From NCBI GenBank assembly GCA_963761305.1, contig CAVXGK010000002.1, positions 832,001-896,000 of the forward strand: DNA of 64,000 nt, written 5' to 3'. Of this stretch, positions 9,230 through 20,714 are shown in pieces. The notes under the pieces are model-generated. The model searched no databases, was not told the DNA's origin, and saw only the letters and a program-made list of their open reading frames with translations. Source of the DNA: an uncultured Gemmatimonadaceae bacterium (GTDB lineage: Bacteria > Gemmatimonadota > Gemmatimonadetes > Gemmatimonadales > Gemmatimonadaceae). The position numbers were made by a program, and so were the translations under genes. Each line of letters starts with the position of its first letter. The first letter of the stretch is position 1.

Positions 9230-11442
9230 TGCACTCGCTCCTTCAGGCGGCGGTCGCCACGCAAACGCCCCATCCGCTGGACGGCACGGCCGTGCAGTGG
9301 CTGTGGCTCGTTCCGCTGCTGCCGCTGCTCGGGTTCGCGATCAACGGCCTGTTGTCGATCGTGGCGGCGTATCGGCCCGGCCCGACTGACCCATCCGCCG
9401 CGCACCACGAATCGCACGCCGGCCAGGGGGAAGGGCACGACGACGCCGGCAAGCACGCGCACCATGAGATCCCGCGCCACCGCTTCGCCGGCATCACCAG
9501 CATCGTCGGCCCGGGCGTGCTGGTGCTCGCCTTCCTCCTCGCCGCGGCGATCTTCGTCGCGATGCGCGGCGCGGGCGGCGGCGCGATCGAGGAGCCCTTC
9601 GTCCAACGCTACTTCTCGTGGATGCCGGTCGGCGACCTGCAGATCGACGCCGCGTTCCAGCTCGACCAGCTTGTCGATGCTGATGGTGCTCGTCATCACC
9701 GGCGTCGGCACGCTGATCCATCTGTTCAGCGTCGGCTACATGCAGGACGACCCGGGGTATCCGCGCTACTTCGCGTACCTCAACCTGTTCGTCTTCTTCA
9801 TGCTGCTGCTGGTGCTCGGCGCCAACTACCCGATCATGTTCATCGGGTGGGAGGGCGTCGGGCTCTGTTCGTATTTGCTGATCGGATTCTGGTTCAGCGA
9901 AAAGGCCAACGCCGACGCGGGCAAGAAGGCGTTCATCGTCAACCGCATCGGCGATTTCGGATTCCTGATCGCGATGTTCCTGCTGTTCGCGAACATCGGA
10001 ACCGCTCGACTTCCGCGGCGTCGCCGCGGGCGGCGAACGCGCTGACCGTCGGCGGCGCCGGTGGTGACGGCGATCTGTCTCTTCCTGTTCCTCGGCTGCG
10101 CCGGCAAGAGCGCGCAGATTCCGCTCTACATCTGGCTGCCCGACGCGATGGCCGGCCCGACGCCGGTGTCGGCGCTCATCCACGCCGCGACGATGGTGAC
10201 GGCGGGCGTCTACCTCATCGCGCGCAGCTCGATGCTGTTCTCGCTCGCGCCGGTGGCCGAGTTGGTGGTCGTGATGATCGGCGCGTTGACGGCGATCTTC
10301 GCGGCGTCGATCGGTCTCAAGCAGTGGGACATCAAGAAGGTCCTCGCGTATTCGACCGTGTCGCAGCTCGGCTACATGTTCGTCGGCGTAGGCTCCGGCG
10401 CGTACGTGGCGGGCATGTTCCACCTGGTGACGCACGCGTTCTTCAAGGCGCTCCTGTTCCTCGGGTCCGGCTCGGTGATCTTCGCATGCACGCCGCGTAT
10501 CACCACACCGGCAACCACGACGACGCGCAGGACATGCGCAACATGGGCGGCCTGCGGCAGTACATGCCGATCACGTTTGTGCTGATGTGGATCGCGACGC
10601 TGGCCATCGCCGGCATTCCGCCGCTCGCCGGATTCTTCTCGAAGGACGAGATCCTCGGCGCGGTCGTTCGCGCGCGCGCAGGGCTCGACGCTCGCGGAAG
10701 CTCACCTCTTTGGCATTCCGGGCACGTTCTGGCTGTATCTCGCGTACGTGTTTGGCCTCGCCGCGGCGTTCATGACGGCCGATGTACATGACGCGCATGA
10801 TGCTCTACACCTTCCACGGCCCGAACCGCACCGGCGACGCCGAGCGATCGCATCTGCAACGAAGCGCCGTGGATCATGACGGGTCCGCTGGTCGTGCTCG
10901 GCTGTGCTAACGGCCGTCGGCGGCTGGCTGAACCTGCCTGAGTTCGCGCCGCTCGGCCCCGTGGGAGGCCTCGACCACTGGCTCGAGCCGGTGGTGGGCG
11001 AGGCAACCAAGCGAGTGATCGGCGGCGCCACGCGCGATGTCGCGGCGGCACGGAGCTGGGGCTGGTCTGGCGTCGCGGTGCTCATCGCCGTGGCGGGTAT
11101 CGCCACCGCCGTCGTGCGACTGCAACCCGGAGACGCTCGTTCCCAAGAGCGACTCGCCGCAGCGAAGAAGGCTTCGAGAAAGTGCTCGAGCAACAAGTAC
11201 TACGTCGACGAGATCTACGACGACGCGATCGTGAAGCCGATCGTCGGAACGTCGCGCGGCCTGCTGTGGCGCGGCGTCGACGCGGGATTGATCGACGGAC
11301 TCGGCGTGAACGGGCGGCGCGTACCTCGCGCGGCTCGTCGGATGGATGGGATCGCAGTTCCAGTCGGGACAGCTCGGCACGTACGCGTGGGTGCTGGTGG
11401 TCGGCGTGCTCGCGCGTGCTCGGCGCCGTTACGGTGCGGTGA
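9229..11442 (+). pseudogene. nuoL: NADH-quinone oxidoreductase subunit L, multiply frameshifted as sequenced (probably sequencing error)
   Basis: NuoL motifs spread over several frames: [75 protein letters not shown]. Confidence 0.9.
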
Positions 11443-11464
11443 TTCGCTCTCAACACCGGAATTC

Positions 11465-13087
11465 ATGACTCGGCTTTCTGACCGTCGATCGGATATCAAC
11501 ACTGGGTGCTCCCGGCGCTGCTCGCGATCCCGGTGATCGGGCGCGGCGATCGATCTGGGTGCGCGGCGTCGGGCGATCCGCGCGACCGGCGGCGACGAAG
11601 TGGCCGACGGCACGCGCCAACGCGCCGCGCATGACGGCCCTCGTGGTCTTCGCGCATCGAGTTCGTCGTCTCGCTCGGGCTGTGGTGGAGCTTCGACGCG
11701 TCGGTCGCCGACGTGGCAGTCGACTGGTCGACTGGCCGTGGATTCCGCTCGTGGGGCATCCGCTTCACGCTCGGCGTCGACGGCATCGCCGTGATGATGA
11801 TCCTGCTCACGACGTTCATCATGCTGCTGGCGGTCGGCGGCAGCTGGACGAGCATCCGCTCAGCGCTCGCACAGCTACTACGCGCTGCATGCTCATCCTC
11901 ACGACGGGCATGCTCGGCGTGTTCATGGCGCTCGACCTCTTCCTGTTCTACGTGATGTGGGAAGTGATGCTCGTGCCGATGTACTTCATCGTCGGCATCT
12001 GGGGCGGCGAGCGCCGCATCTACGCGAGCCTCAAGTTCTTCATCTACACGATGGTCGGCTCGATGCTGATGCTCGTGGCGATCGTGTACCTCGGGCTCGT
12101 CGCGCGCGCGACCCGATCATCGGCAGTCCCGAACTTCAACTACGACTAGCTGCTCGCGCACGCGGCCGATCACGTCCGACCGCGGCCAAGTGGCTCTTCG
12201 GCGCATTCTTCCTCGCGTTCGCGGTGAAGGTGCCGATGTTCCCGTTCCACACCTGGCTGCCCGACGCGCACGTCGAAGCGCCCACGGCCGGCTCGGTGGT
12301 TCTGGCGAGCATCATGCTGAAGCTGGGCACGTTCGGCTTCCTGCGACTCGCCGTGCCGCTCTTCCCGTCGGCGGCGATGAGCCCCACGATCCGCACGGTC
12401 ATTCTCACGCTCGCGGTGATCGGCATCGTCTACGGCGCGCTGGTCTCGCTCGTCCAACCGGACTTCAAGAAGCTCGTCGCCTACTCGTCGGTGAGCCACC
12501 TGGGCTTCGTGATGCTCGGCATCTTCGCGCTCACCGTGCAGAGCGTGCAGGGCGCGCTGATGGTGATGATCAACCACGGCATCTCGACCGGCGCGCTGTT
12601 CCTTCTCGTCGGCATGATCTACGAGCGTCGACACACGCGGTTGATCGACGCCTACGGCGGCATCGCGCGCGTCGTGCCGATGTTCGCCGCGATGCTGACC
12701 ATCGTCACCTTCAGCAGCATCGGCGTGCCGGGCACCAACGGATTCGTCGGCGAATTCCTCGTCCTGATCGGCTCGTTCCGCACGCAGCCGATTTTCGCGC
12801 TCATCGCCGACGACCGCGGTGATCATCTCCGCGGCGTATCTGCTGTGGGCGATTCAGCGCATCCTCTTCAATCCGCTCGACAAACCGGAGAACGAGCACA
12901 TTCCGGATCTCAACCGGCGTGAGCTCGCGATCATGGTGCCGCTCATCGCGGCCATCATCTGGCTTGGCGTGTATCCGGCGCCCGTCCTCGATCGCATGCA
13001 GGGCGCCGCGGCTCGATTCGTGCACCCAGGTCGATCGCGGCCGCGCGGCGACGCTCGCCCGACGCGACGGTCGGAGACGCCCGATGA
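11465..13087 (+). pseudogene. nuoM: NADH-quinone oxidoreductase subunit M, frameshifted with an in-frame TAG at 12147-12149
   Basis: [58 protein letters not shown] in different frames; ends approximate. Confidence 0.88.
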
Positions 13088-14660
13088 TACCTCGCGCGCT
13101 CGACCTCTCGATTCCCGCGCAGCTGACGCTCGCGCTCGTCCCGGACCTCGTCCTCATGGGCGGCGCGATGCTGCTGCTCGTCTGGGCCGCGTGGAAGAGC
13201 GACAGCGACCGGCATCAGCGCACCATCGGTATGGCGAGCATTCTCGCTCGTCGGCCTGACGATGCTGTTCACGCTGTGGTGGGCGGCGCGATTCGTCGCC
13301 GTGCCGGGCGGCGGCGCGATCGCGCTCGACAACTTCCGGTGGTTCGCCGACGTCGTGATCCTGCTCGGCACGCTGTTCACCATCGCGCTGAGCATGGACG
13401 ACAACATGCGGACCGGCATCACCGCGGCCGAGACGCACGTGCTGGTCCTGCTCGCGTCGTCGGGCATGATGCTGCTCGCCGCCGCGCGCGACCTGATGAT
13501 CGTCTTCCTCGGCATCGAGCTGATGTCGATCTCCGTCTACGCGCTCGCCGGCATCAACCGCCGCAGCGAGCGGTCGGCCGAGGGCGCGCTCAAGTACTTC
13601 CTGCTCGGCGCGTTCTCGACGGCGTTCCTGCTCTACGGCATCGCGCTCGTCTACGGCGCCACCGGCACGACGAGTCTCACGCTCATCGCCGAACGCATCG
13701 CGCAGTACGACCTCGTCCGACAGCCCGCTACTGCTCGCCGGCATCGCGCTGATGCTCGTCGGCTTCGGGTTCAAGGTCGCCACCGTGCCGTTCCACATGT
13801 GGGCGCCGGACGTCTACGACGGCGCGCCGTCGCCGATCACCGCGTACATGGCGGCGACGGTCAAGGCGGCGGCGTTCGTGGCGTTCCTGCGCGTGTGGCT
13901 CGAGGCGTTCCCGGCGAGCTTCACGACCTGGCTGCCCGCCGTGACGGGGCTCGCCATCGCGACGATGATCATCGGCAACGCGATCGGCCTCGTGCAGAAG
14001 AATCTCAAGCGCCTGCTCGCCTACTCGAGCATCGGGCACGCCGGCTATCTACTCGTCGCGCTCGCGGCGGGCACGTTCCAAGGCTCGTCGGCGCTGTTGT
14101 TCTATCTCTTCGTCTACACGCTGGCGACGTTCGGCGCCTTCGCCGTCGTCGTGACGCTGACGCGCGAAGGGCAGGGCGCCGTGATGCTCGAGGACTTGTC
14201 GGGACTCTACAGCGTGCGCCCCGGACTGGCGGTGGCGATGGCGGTGCTCATGCTCTCGCTGATGGGCTTCCCGATCTTCGGCGGCGCGGGCTTTTTTGCG
14301 AAGTGGTACGTGCTGCAGGCCGCGCTCCAGGCGCCGGTGCGACAGACGACACTCGCCGTGGTGCTCGTGCTCACGACCGTCGTGTCGGCGGGCTACTACA
14401 TGTACGTCGTGATGCTGATGTTCATGCGTCCGCGGCCGGAGAGCGCGCCGGTCCCCGAAGCGTCCGGCGGTCTGACGCGGATGATCCTCGCCATCAGCGT
14501 CGGACTCATTCTCTTCCTCGGCATCTTCCCCGAGCAGGCGATCTCCGTGGCTCGGCTCGCCAGGCCCAGGGTGGAGATGGTACCGCAGGCCTCCAACGCA
14601 CCGCCGGCCGCGACGCTCATCGCCGGCGCCGGGTCGAACCGCCGTACGACGGGGCCGTGA
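13084..14660 (+). pseudogene. nuoN: NADH-quinone oxidoreductase subunit N, frameshifted near 13250 and 13720
   Basis: GIELMSISVYAL, EGALKYFLLG, FKVATVPFHMWAPDVYDGAP, KRLLAYSSIGHAGY. Confidence 0.9.
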
Positions 14661-14704
14661 TCCGCGACGCCGGCGGGCGGGGGCCCCGTTCTATTTTCTG
14701 AACC

Positions 14705-16081
14705 ATGGCCATCGCCCCCGGGATCTTTCGCCAGTACGACATCCGCGGCATCGTCGATCGCGATCTCACCACGGAAGCGGCCAGCGCGCTCGGCGGCGCG
14801 TACGCGGCATACCTCGCGGCACACGACATCCGCGGCGACGTCGCCGTCGGTCGCGACAACCGGCCAAGCGGCGAGCTGCTTCGCGAAGCGCTGGTGCACG
14901 GACTCACCGCGGCCGGCGTCGGCGTGGTGGACATCGGCGTCGTGCCGACGCCGCTCAACTACTGGGCGCTGAACCAGCTTCCCGTCGTCGGCGGAATTCA
15001 GATCACCGGCTCGCACAATCCGCCCGAGTACAACGGCTTCAAGCTGTCGGTCGGGACGGCGTCGCTGCACGGCGACGAGATCCAGCGGCTCTACGAGCTC
15101 ACGCAGGGCCCCGCGCCGGCGGCGGCGACGCTCGGCGTCGTACGCGAAGAGCCGATCATCGACCGCTACTTGAACGACGTCGGCGATCGCATCGGAAAAC
15201 TCTCGCGCCCCATTCGCGCCGTCTACGACTGCGGCAACGGCGCCGGCGCGCTCGTCGCACCGCGCCTGTTCGCGCGACTCGGTTTGGCGAAGGGGAGCCG
15301 CGGACTGTTCTGCGAGAGCGACGGCACCTTCCCGAATCATCACCCCGACCCGACGGTCCCGGAGAACCTCGAGGATCTCGTCCGCGCCGTGCGCGAGGAC
15401 GGCGCCGAGATCGGGATCGCCTTCGACGGCGACGCCGACCGGATCGGCGTGGTGGATGGAGACGGGCGAATCGTCTGGGGCGACCGCATTCTGATTCTCT
15501 ACGCGCGCGACGTGCTCGCGCGAACGGGCAAGGGACAGCCGATCATCTTCGACGTGAAGTGCTCGCAGTCGCTGCCCGACGCGGTGGAACGCGCGGGCGG
15601 CAAGCCGCTCATGTGGAAGACGGGCCACTCGCTGATCAAGGACAAGATGCGCGAGACGCACGCGCCGATCGCCGGCGAAATGTCCGGCCACATGTTCTTC
15701 AGCGAAGGCTTTTACGGTCACGACGACGCGCTCTACGGCGCGGCGCGGCTGCTGCGTATTCTCGCCGACTCCGGTCGGACCGTGGCGCAGGCGCTCGCCG
15801 ACGTCCCGGAGCTCGTCTCGACGCCGGAGATTCGAATCGACGTGCCGGAGGAGCTCAAGTTCGGCCTCGTGAGTCGAGCCGTCGAGCATTTCCGCGCCAA
15901 GCACGACGTGATCGACGTGGACGGCGTGCGCGTGTTGTTCGGCGACGGCTGGGGCCTCATTCGCGCGTCGAACACGCAGCCGGTCATCGTCGTGCGATAC
16001 GAGGCGGCGACCGCCGAGCGGCTGGCCGCGATCCGCGGCGAAATGGAGGGGTGGCTGCGCGCGCAGGGCGTGCGCATCTGA
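14705..16081 (+). CDS. Phosphomannomutase/phosphoglucomutase (AlgC-like)
   Basis: IFRQYDIRG, TGSHNPPEYNG, FDGDADR, GEMSGH, RASNTQP. Confidence 0.95.
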   Translation: MAIAPGIFRQYDIRGIVDRDLTTEAASALGGAYAAYLAAHDIRGDVAVGRDNRPSGELLREALVHGLTAAGVGVVDIGVVPTPLNYWALNQLPVVGGIQITGSHNPPEYNGFKLSVGTASLHGDEIQRLYELTQGPAPAAATLGVVREEPIIDRYLNDVGDRIGKLSRPIRAVYDCGNGAGALVAPRLFARLGLAKGSRGLFCESDGTFPNHHPDPTVPENLEDLVRAVREDGAEIGIAFDGDADRIGVVDGDGRIVWGDRILILYARDVLARTGKGQPIIFDVKCSQSLPDAVERAGGKPLMWKTGHSLIKDKMRETHAPIAGEMSGHMFFSEGFYGHDDALYGAARLLRILADSGRTVAQALADVPELVSTPEIRIDVPEELKFGLVSRAVEHFRAKHDVIDVDGVRVLFGDGWGLIRASNTQPVIVVRYEAATAERLAAIRGEMEGWLRAQGVRI

Positions 16082-16082
16082 C

Positions 16083-18536
16083 ATGACGCGGCGGCGGTGG
16101 GTCGTGGCCGGCTTGGCCGCCGTGGCCGTGCTGTTGCTTGCCGGCCGCGCGCTGTCGGCGATCTACGCCGACTACCAATGGTACGAGGCGCTCGGCGCCG
16201 GCGCGCTCTGGCGTCTCCGCAGCGGCGCCATCGCCGCGATCGACGCCGGCGCGTTCCTCGCCACGACGATTTTCGCATTCGTAAACTTCTATGCGGTGCG
16301 GCATTCGGTCGTGTCGCTGGTGTTTCCGCGACGCGTCGGCAACCTCGAGATCGGCGAAGAAGTGCCGGGGAAGTACCTGATCGCCGCCGCCGTCGTCCTC
16401 GCCGTCCTGATCGGACTCCTGTTGCTGCCGTCGGGCGACGACTGGCCGTCGCTCATTCTGGCGCGGTCGGGCCAGTCGTTTGGAGAGCCCGAACCCAACT
16501 TCCGCGCCGACATCGGGTTCTTCGTCTACTGGATGCCGTTCGAAAACACGGTTTGGGACTGGACGTTCTTCGCCGTCACCGTCGTCGGCGTGGCAGCGAT
16601 TCTCTTGTACGCGCTCACGCCGAGTCTGCGCTGGCAGCGTGGAGCGCTGCACGTCTCCGGATATGTTCGGCGGCATCTCACGGTGCTCGCCGGCGTCCTG
16701 CTGTTGCTGGCCGCGTGGAGTTTCAGGCTCGACATGTACTCGCTCGTCACGTCGGGGTCCGGCCCCGACGGGCTGTTCGGATTCGTCGATGACAAGGTCG
16801 GCGTCACGGGCGACCTCGTGCTCGCGCTGGCGACGCTCGGTGCGGCGCTCGTCGTGATCTGGAGCGGATTCGTCGGGCAGTTTCGACTGGCCGGCGTCGC
16901 GGTGCTCACCATCGTCGTGCTGGGATTGATCGTCCACGAGGTCGTACCGTTCGCGGTGGGCCACGTCGGGATCGAGGCTTCTCGGCGCGCGCGCGACAAC
17001 GACTACGTCGCCACTCGCGCCGCGTTCACCAAACGTGCCTTCGCGATCGACTCGGCACCGCTCGACTCGGCGCGCGTCTATCCCACGCTCGCGGCGGCGC
17101 TGCCGTGGATTCCGGTGTGGGAAGGGCCGGCGCTCAGCCGGGCCATCGACGTGAACCGCGCGCCCGACGACGCGAACGCCGCGGTGGGATGGCGAACGTC
17201 TCCGCAGGGACTCGTTGCCAGCGTCGTGAGCGCGCCGCCGCCCGGCGCGTCGGCACGCGCGCCATGGACGGTCGCCCGCGTGCTCGCCGCGGACGCCGAC
17301 GAGCGCGGCGCGCCGTTGCGGGCGGCGGGCTCCGATGCGTCGGCCACGGACGACATCCCGCTCGACCAGCCGATCGTATTCCCGGGCGCGTCGCCCGTAG
17401 CCGTCGTCTCGGATTCGTTCACCACGACCGGCGTGCCGCTCGATTCGTTCCTCGCCCGACTCACCGCCGCGTGGTCGTTGCAGAACGTGCGAATCTTGTC
17501 TCGGGACGTGGCTCAACCACATCCGACGCTGATCACGCATCGCGACATCCGCGACCGGCTGCATCGCTTCGCGCCGTTCTTCTTCCAGGGACGCCGCGTC
17601 GCGCCACTGTTCGTCGGCGACTCGCTCTATTGGACGGTGGATCTGTACTCCGCTTCCGTCGACTACCCGCTCGCGCGCCGCGTACAGATCGGCACCGACG
17701 AATTCAGCTACCTCCGCCACGCGGCGACCGCCGTGGTGCAGGCGTCCACCGGCGACGTCTTTCTCGTGCGCGACTCGGTGCTCGATCCGGTCGCGTCGAC
17801 GTGGGTGCGCCTGTTGCCGTCGATGTTCACGACGTGGCAGTCGCTGCCGCCGGGATTGCGCGCGGCGGTCGGCGCGCCGCTCGACGGACTGCTCGCCAGA
17901 GCGGCGGCGTTCGGCTGGTACGGGCCTGGACCGGGCGTGGGGCGCCGCGTGCCCGTGCTCAACGGCGCCGACAGCGCGCTCTCCGGCGACGAGTTACCGA
18001 TCGCGCTGCGCGGCAGCAGCACGACGGCCGTCGCGCTGCCGCTCGTCGACGACAACGATCGCTTGCGCGGACTCATCGTCGGAATCGGCGGCGCGTCCGA
18101 CTCGATGGCGTGGTATCCGTTGGCGAGTGCCGGCCCACGCTGGGGCGGCCTGCTCGATCGAATGCGATCGATCGACAGCGCGGGCACCGGCCTGCGCGAC
18201 GGACCGGTTGCCAACGGACGTGTGCGCGTCGTGCCGGTGCGATCGGGGGGGGGCATCGCGTTCCTGCAGCCGTCGTATCGGTGGCGTCCACAGAACACGC
18301 CGTCGATCAGCCGGGTCGCGCTGTTGTACGACGACACGTCGCGCTCGGTGTCGCCACCGTTCGGCCTCGTGCCGCCCGTGCCCGCGCTGCCGTCGACGGC
18401 GTCGCCCGAGGTGAAGAGCAGCGCGAACGCGCTCTACTCCGAGATGCGCGACGCGATGCGCCGCGGCGATTGGGTCGCATTCGGCCGAGCGTTCGATGCG
18501 CTCGGGCGTTTGGTCGCGCCGGAGAAGCGCCGATGA
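16083..18536 (+). CDS. UPF0182 family membrane protein (diverged)
   Basis: N-terminal TM cluster with DYQWYEALG and DIGFFVY; RDIRDRLHRFAPF; C-terminal AMRRGDWVAFGRAFDAL helix. Confidence 0.75.
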   Translation: MTRRRWVVAGLAAVAVLLLAGRALSAIYADYQWYEALGAGALWRLRSGAIAAIDAGAFLATTIFAFVNFYAVRHSVVSLVFPRRVGNLEIGEEVPGKYLIAAAVVLAVLIGLLLLPSGDDWPSLILARSGQSFGEPEPNFRADIGFFVYWMPFENTVWDWTFFAVTVVGVAAILLYALTPSLRWQRGALHVSGYVRRHLTVLAGVLLLLAAWSFRLDMYSLVTSGSGPDGLFGFVDDKVGVTGDLVLALATLGAALVVIWSGFVGQFRLAGVAVLTIVVLGLIVHEVVPFAVGHVGIEASRRARDNDYVATRAAFTKRAFAIDSAPLDSARVYPTLAAALPWIPVWEGPALSRAIDVNRAPDDANAAVGWRTSPQGLVASVVSAPPPGASARAPWTVARVLAADADERGAPLRAAGSDASATDDIPLDQPIVFPGASPVAVVSDSFTTTGVPLDSFLARLTAAWSLQNVRILSRDVAQPHPTLITHRDIRDRLHRFAPFFFQGRRVAPLFVGDSLYWTVDLYSASVDYPLARRVQIGTDEFSYLRHAATAVVQASTGDVFLVRDSVLDPVASTWVRLLPSMFTTWQSLPPGLRAAVGAPLDGLLARAAAFGWYGPGPGVGRRVPVLNGADSALSGDELPIALRGSSTTAVALPLVDDNDRLRGLIVGIGGASDSMAWYPLASAGPRWGGLLDRMRSIDSAGTGLRDGPVANGRVRVVPVRSGGGIAFLQPSYRWRPQNTPSISRVALLYDDTSRSVSPPFGLVPPVPALPSTASPEVKSSANALYSEMRDAMRRGDWVAFGRAFDALGRLVAPEKRR

Positions 18537-19534
18537 TCGATCTCGCGTCGAGATCGAAACGCATCGCCGTCGTCGCGTTGGGCGGGAACGCGCTCGCGCC
18601 GGCCGGTGAACCGTCGACCATCTACAATCAGTTCCGACACACCCGCGAAAGCCTCGTCCCGATCGTCGAGCTGATTCACGACGGCTGGAACGTGTGCGTC
18701 GTTCACGGCAACGGACCGCAGGTCGGCGACGAGATGGTGCGCAACGAAGCGGCGCGCGACGAGGCAAGTCCGCTGCCGCTCGGCGTGCTCGTCGCGGCGA
18801 CGGCCGGCTGGATCGGCTACATGATCCAGCAGTCGCTGGAGAATGCGCTGATGCGCGACGGCGGCGCGCCTCGCCTCGCACGCAGCGTTGCCACCGTCAT
18901 CACGCAGGTGCAGGTCGATCCGAACGACCCGGCGCTCCGCCACCCGACGAAATTCATCGGGCACGCGCTGTCTGCCGAGCGAGCCAATGAGCTCGAGCAC
19001 GACGGCTTTTCGGTGAAGGCCGACGGCCACGGCAATCTGCGCCGCGTCGTGGGGAGTCCGGTGCCGCTCGGAATCCGCGAGCTCGACGTCATCCGAGCGC
19101 TGATGGACGCGGGGACACCGGTGATCGCCTGCGGCGGCGGCGGCGCGCCCGTGTATCGGCACCCGACGCTCGGCTGGGAGGGGATCGACGCCGTCGTGGA
19201 CAAGGATCTCGTGGCCGCGGTGTTGGCGCGCGACCTCGGCGCGGCGCTGCTGCTGATCCTGACGGACGTGGACGCGGTCTACGCCGACTGGGGAACGCCG
19301 AAACAGCGTCCGCTCGGCGCGCTCACGGCCGACGAAGCGGCGGCGATGGACAAACAGGAGGCATTCGGCGAGGGAAGTATGGCGCCGAAGATACGGGCGG
19401 CGATTGATTTCGTGCGCGGCACGGACGCGGCGCGGTTGACCGGCGGCGCCGAGCCACCGCGCGCGATCATCACGTCGCTCGCGCGAGGGCCCGCCGCCGT
19501 GCATGGCAAGGCAGGAACCACGATCACCGCATGA
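18533..19534 (+). CDS. arcC: Carbamate kinase
   Basis: VVALGGNAL, HGNGPQVG, PTKFIG, RRVVGSPVP, DAVVDKD, GSMAPKI. Confidence 0.92.
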   Translation: MIDLASRSKRIAVVALGGNALAPAGEPSTIYNQFRHTRESLVPIVELIHDGWNVCVVHGNGPQVGDEMVRNEAARDEASPLPLGVLVAATAGWIGYMIQQSLENALMRDGGAPRLARSVATVITQVQVDPNDPALRHPTKFIGHALSAERANELEHDGFSVKADGHGNLRRVVGSPVPLGIRELDVIRALMDAGTPVIACGGGGAPVYRHPTLGWEGIDAVVDKDLVAAVLARDLGAALLLILTDVDAVYADWGTPKQRPLGALTADEAAAMDKQEAFGEGSMAPKIRAAIDFVRGTDAARLTGGAEPPRAIITSLARGPAAVHGKAGTTITA

Positions 19535-19568
19535 ACGACACGACGCATACGGAGCCTACGGAGAACGC

Positions 19569-20714
19569 GTGAACATCCACGAGTATCAAGCGAAAGAGTT
19601 GCTGCGAAAGGAGGGCGTGCCGATTCCACCGGGCGAGGTGGCGCGAAGCGCGGCCGACGCCGAAGCCATCGCCCGCAAGTTCGGCGGCACGGTGGTGGTG
19701 AAGGCGCAGGTCCACGCCGGCGGACGCGGCAAAGCGGGCGGCGTGAAGCTCGCCAAATCGCCGGAGGAAACGCGCGAGATCGCGAGCAAGATCCTCGGCA
19801 TGCAGATCAAGGGACTCACGGTCGAGCAAGTGCTCGTCACGCCCGCCGCCGACATCGCGACCGAAGCCTACGCCGGCATCATCCTCGACCGCGCGACCAA
19901 GAAACCGGTGTTTATGGTGAGCCCGGCCGGCGGGATCGATATCGAGGAGGTCGCGGCCAAGACGCCCGACAAGATCCTCAAGCTGCCGATCGATACGCGA
20001 TACGGCTTGCAGGCGTATCAGGCCAGCCGGCTCGGCTTCTTCCTCTACGACGACGTCAAGCAAGTGCGCGCCGCGGCGAAGATCCTGATGCAGCTCTACG
20101 TGGCGTTCATGAAGAACGGGTGCTCGCTCGCCGAGATCAATCCGCTCGTCACGACGCCGACGGGGGACGTCGTGGCCCTCGACGCGAAGATGGTGATCGA
20201 CGACAACGAGCTCGATCGCCATCCCGAAATCGCGGCGCTGCGCGACGAAACCGCCGAGGCGCCGAGCGAGGTGCAGGCGCGCAACGCCAACCTCACGTTC
20301 ATCAAGCTCGACGGGAACGTCGGCTGTGTGGTGAACGGCGCCGGCCTGGCGATGGCGACGATGGATCTCGTGAAATACTACGGCGGCGACCCGGCCAACT
20401 TCCTCGACATCGGCGGCTCGTCCAATCCGGAGAAAGTGGTGAACGCGATCAAGATCATCACCGAGGATCCGAACGTGAAGGCGATCCTCTTCAATATTTT
20501 CGGCGGCATCACTCGGACGGATGACGTGGCCAACGGCATCGTGACGGCGACGAAAAAGAATCCGCTCAAGGTGCCCATCGTCATCCGACTCACCGGCACG
20601 AACGAAGAGATCGCGATGAAGATTCTGCAGGACAACGGCTTCTCGGCGTCGTCGGACATGGACGAAGCGGTGAAGAACGCGGTCGCGCTCGCCAAGGGAG
20701 GAAAAGCCGCGTGA
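19569..20714 (+). CDS. sucC: Succinyl-CoA synthetase beta subunit
   Basis: [42 protein letters not shown]. Confidence 0.97.
   Translation: MNIHEYQAKELLRKEGVPIPPGEVARSAADAEAIARKFGGTVVVKAQVHAGGRGKAGGVKLAKSPEETREIASKILGMQIKGLTVEQVLVTPAADIATEAYAGIILDRATKKPVFMVSPAGGIDIEEVAAKTPDKILKLPIDTRYGLQAYQASRLGFFLYDDVKQVRAAAKILMQLYVAFMKNGCSLAEINPLVTTPTGDVVALDAKMVIDDNELDRHPEIAALRDETAEAPSEVQARNANLTFIKLDGNVGCVVNGAGLAMATMDLVKYYGGDPANFLDIGGSSNPEKVVNAIKIITEDPNVKAILFNIFGGITRTDDVANGIVTATKKNPLKVPIVIRLTGTNEEIAMKILQDNGFSASSDMDEAVKNAVALAKGGKAA

Noticed and set aside
12147..12149. In-frame TAG in nuoM as pyrrolysine or recoding
   Set aside because: It lies in the error-dense patch beside other indels, and TAG is used as a normal stop elsewhere (nuoC, sucD, fabF).
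9660..13760. Programmed frameshifting or phase variation in nuoLMN
   Set aside because: Too many indels, with no slippery heptamers or long homopolymer/SSR tracts at the breakpoints I inspected.
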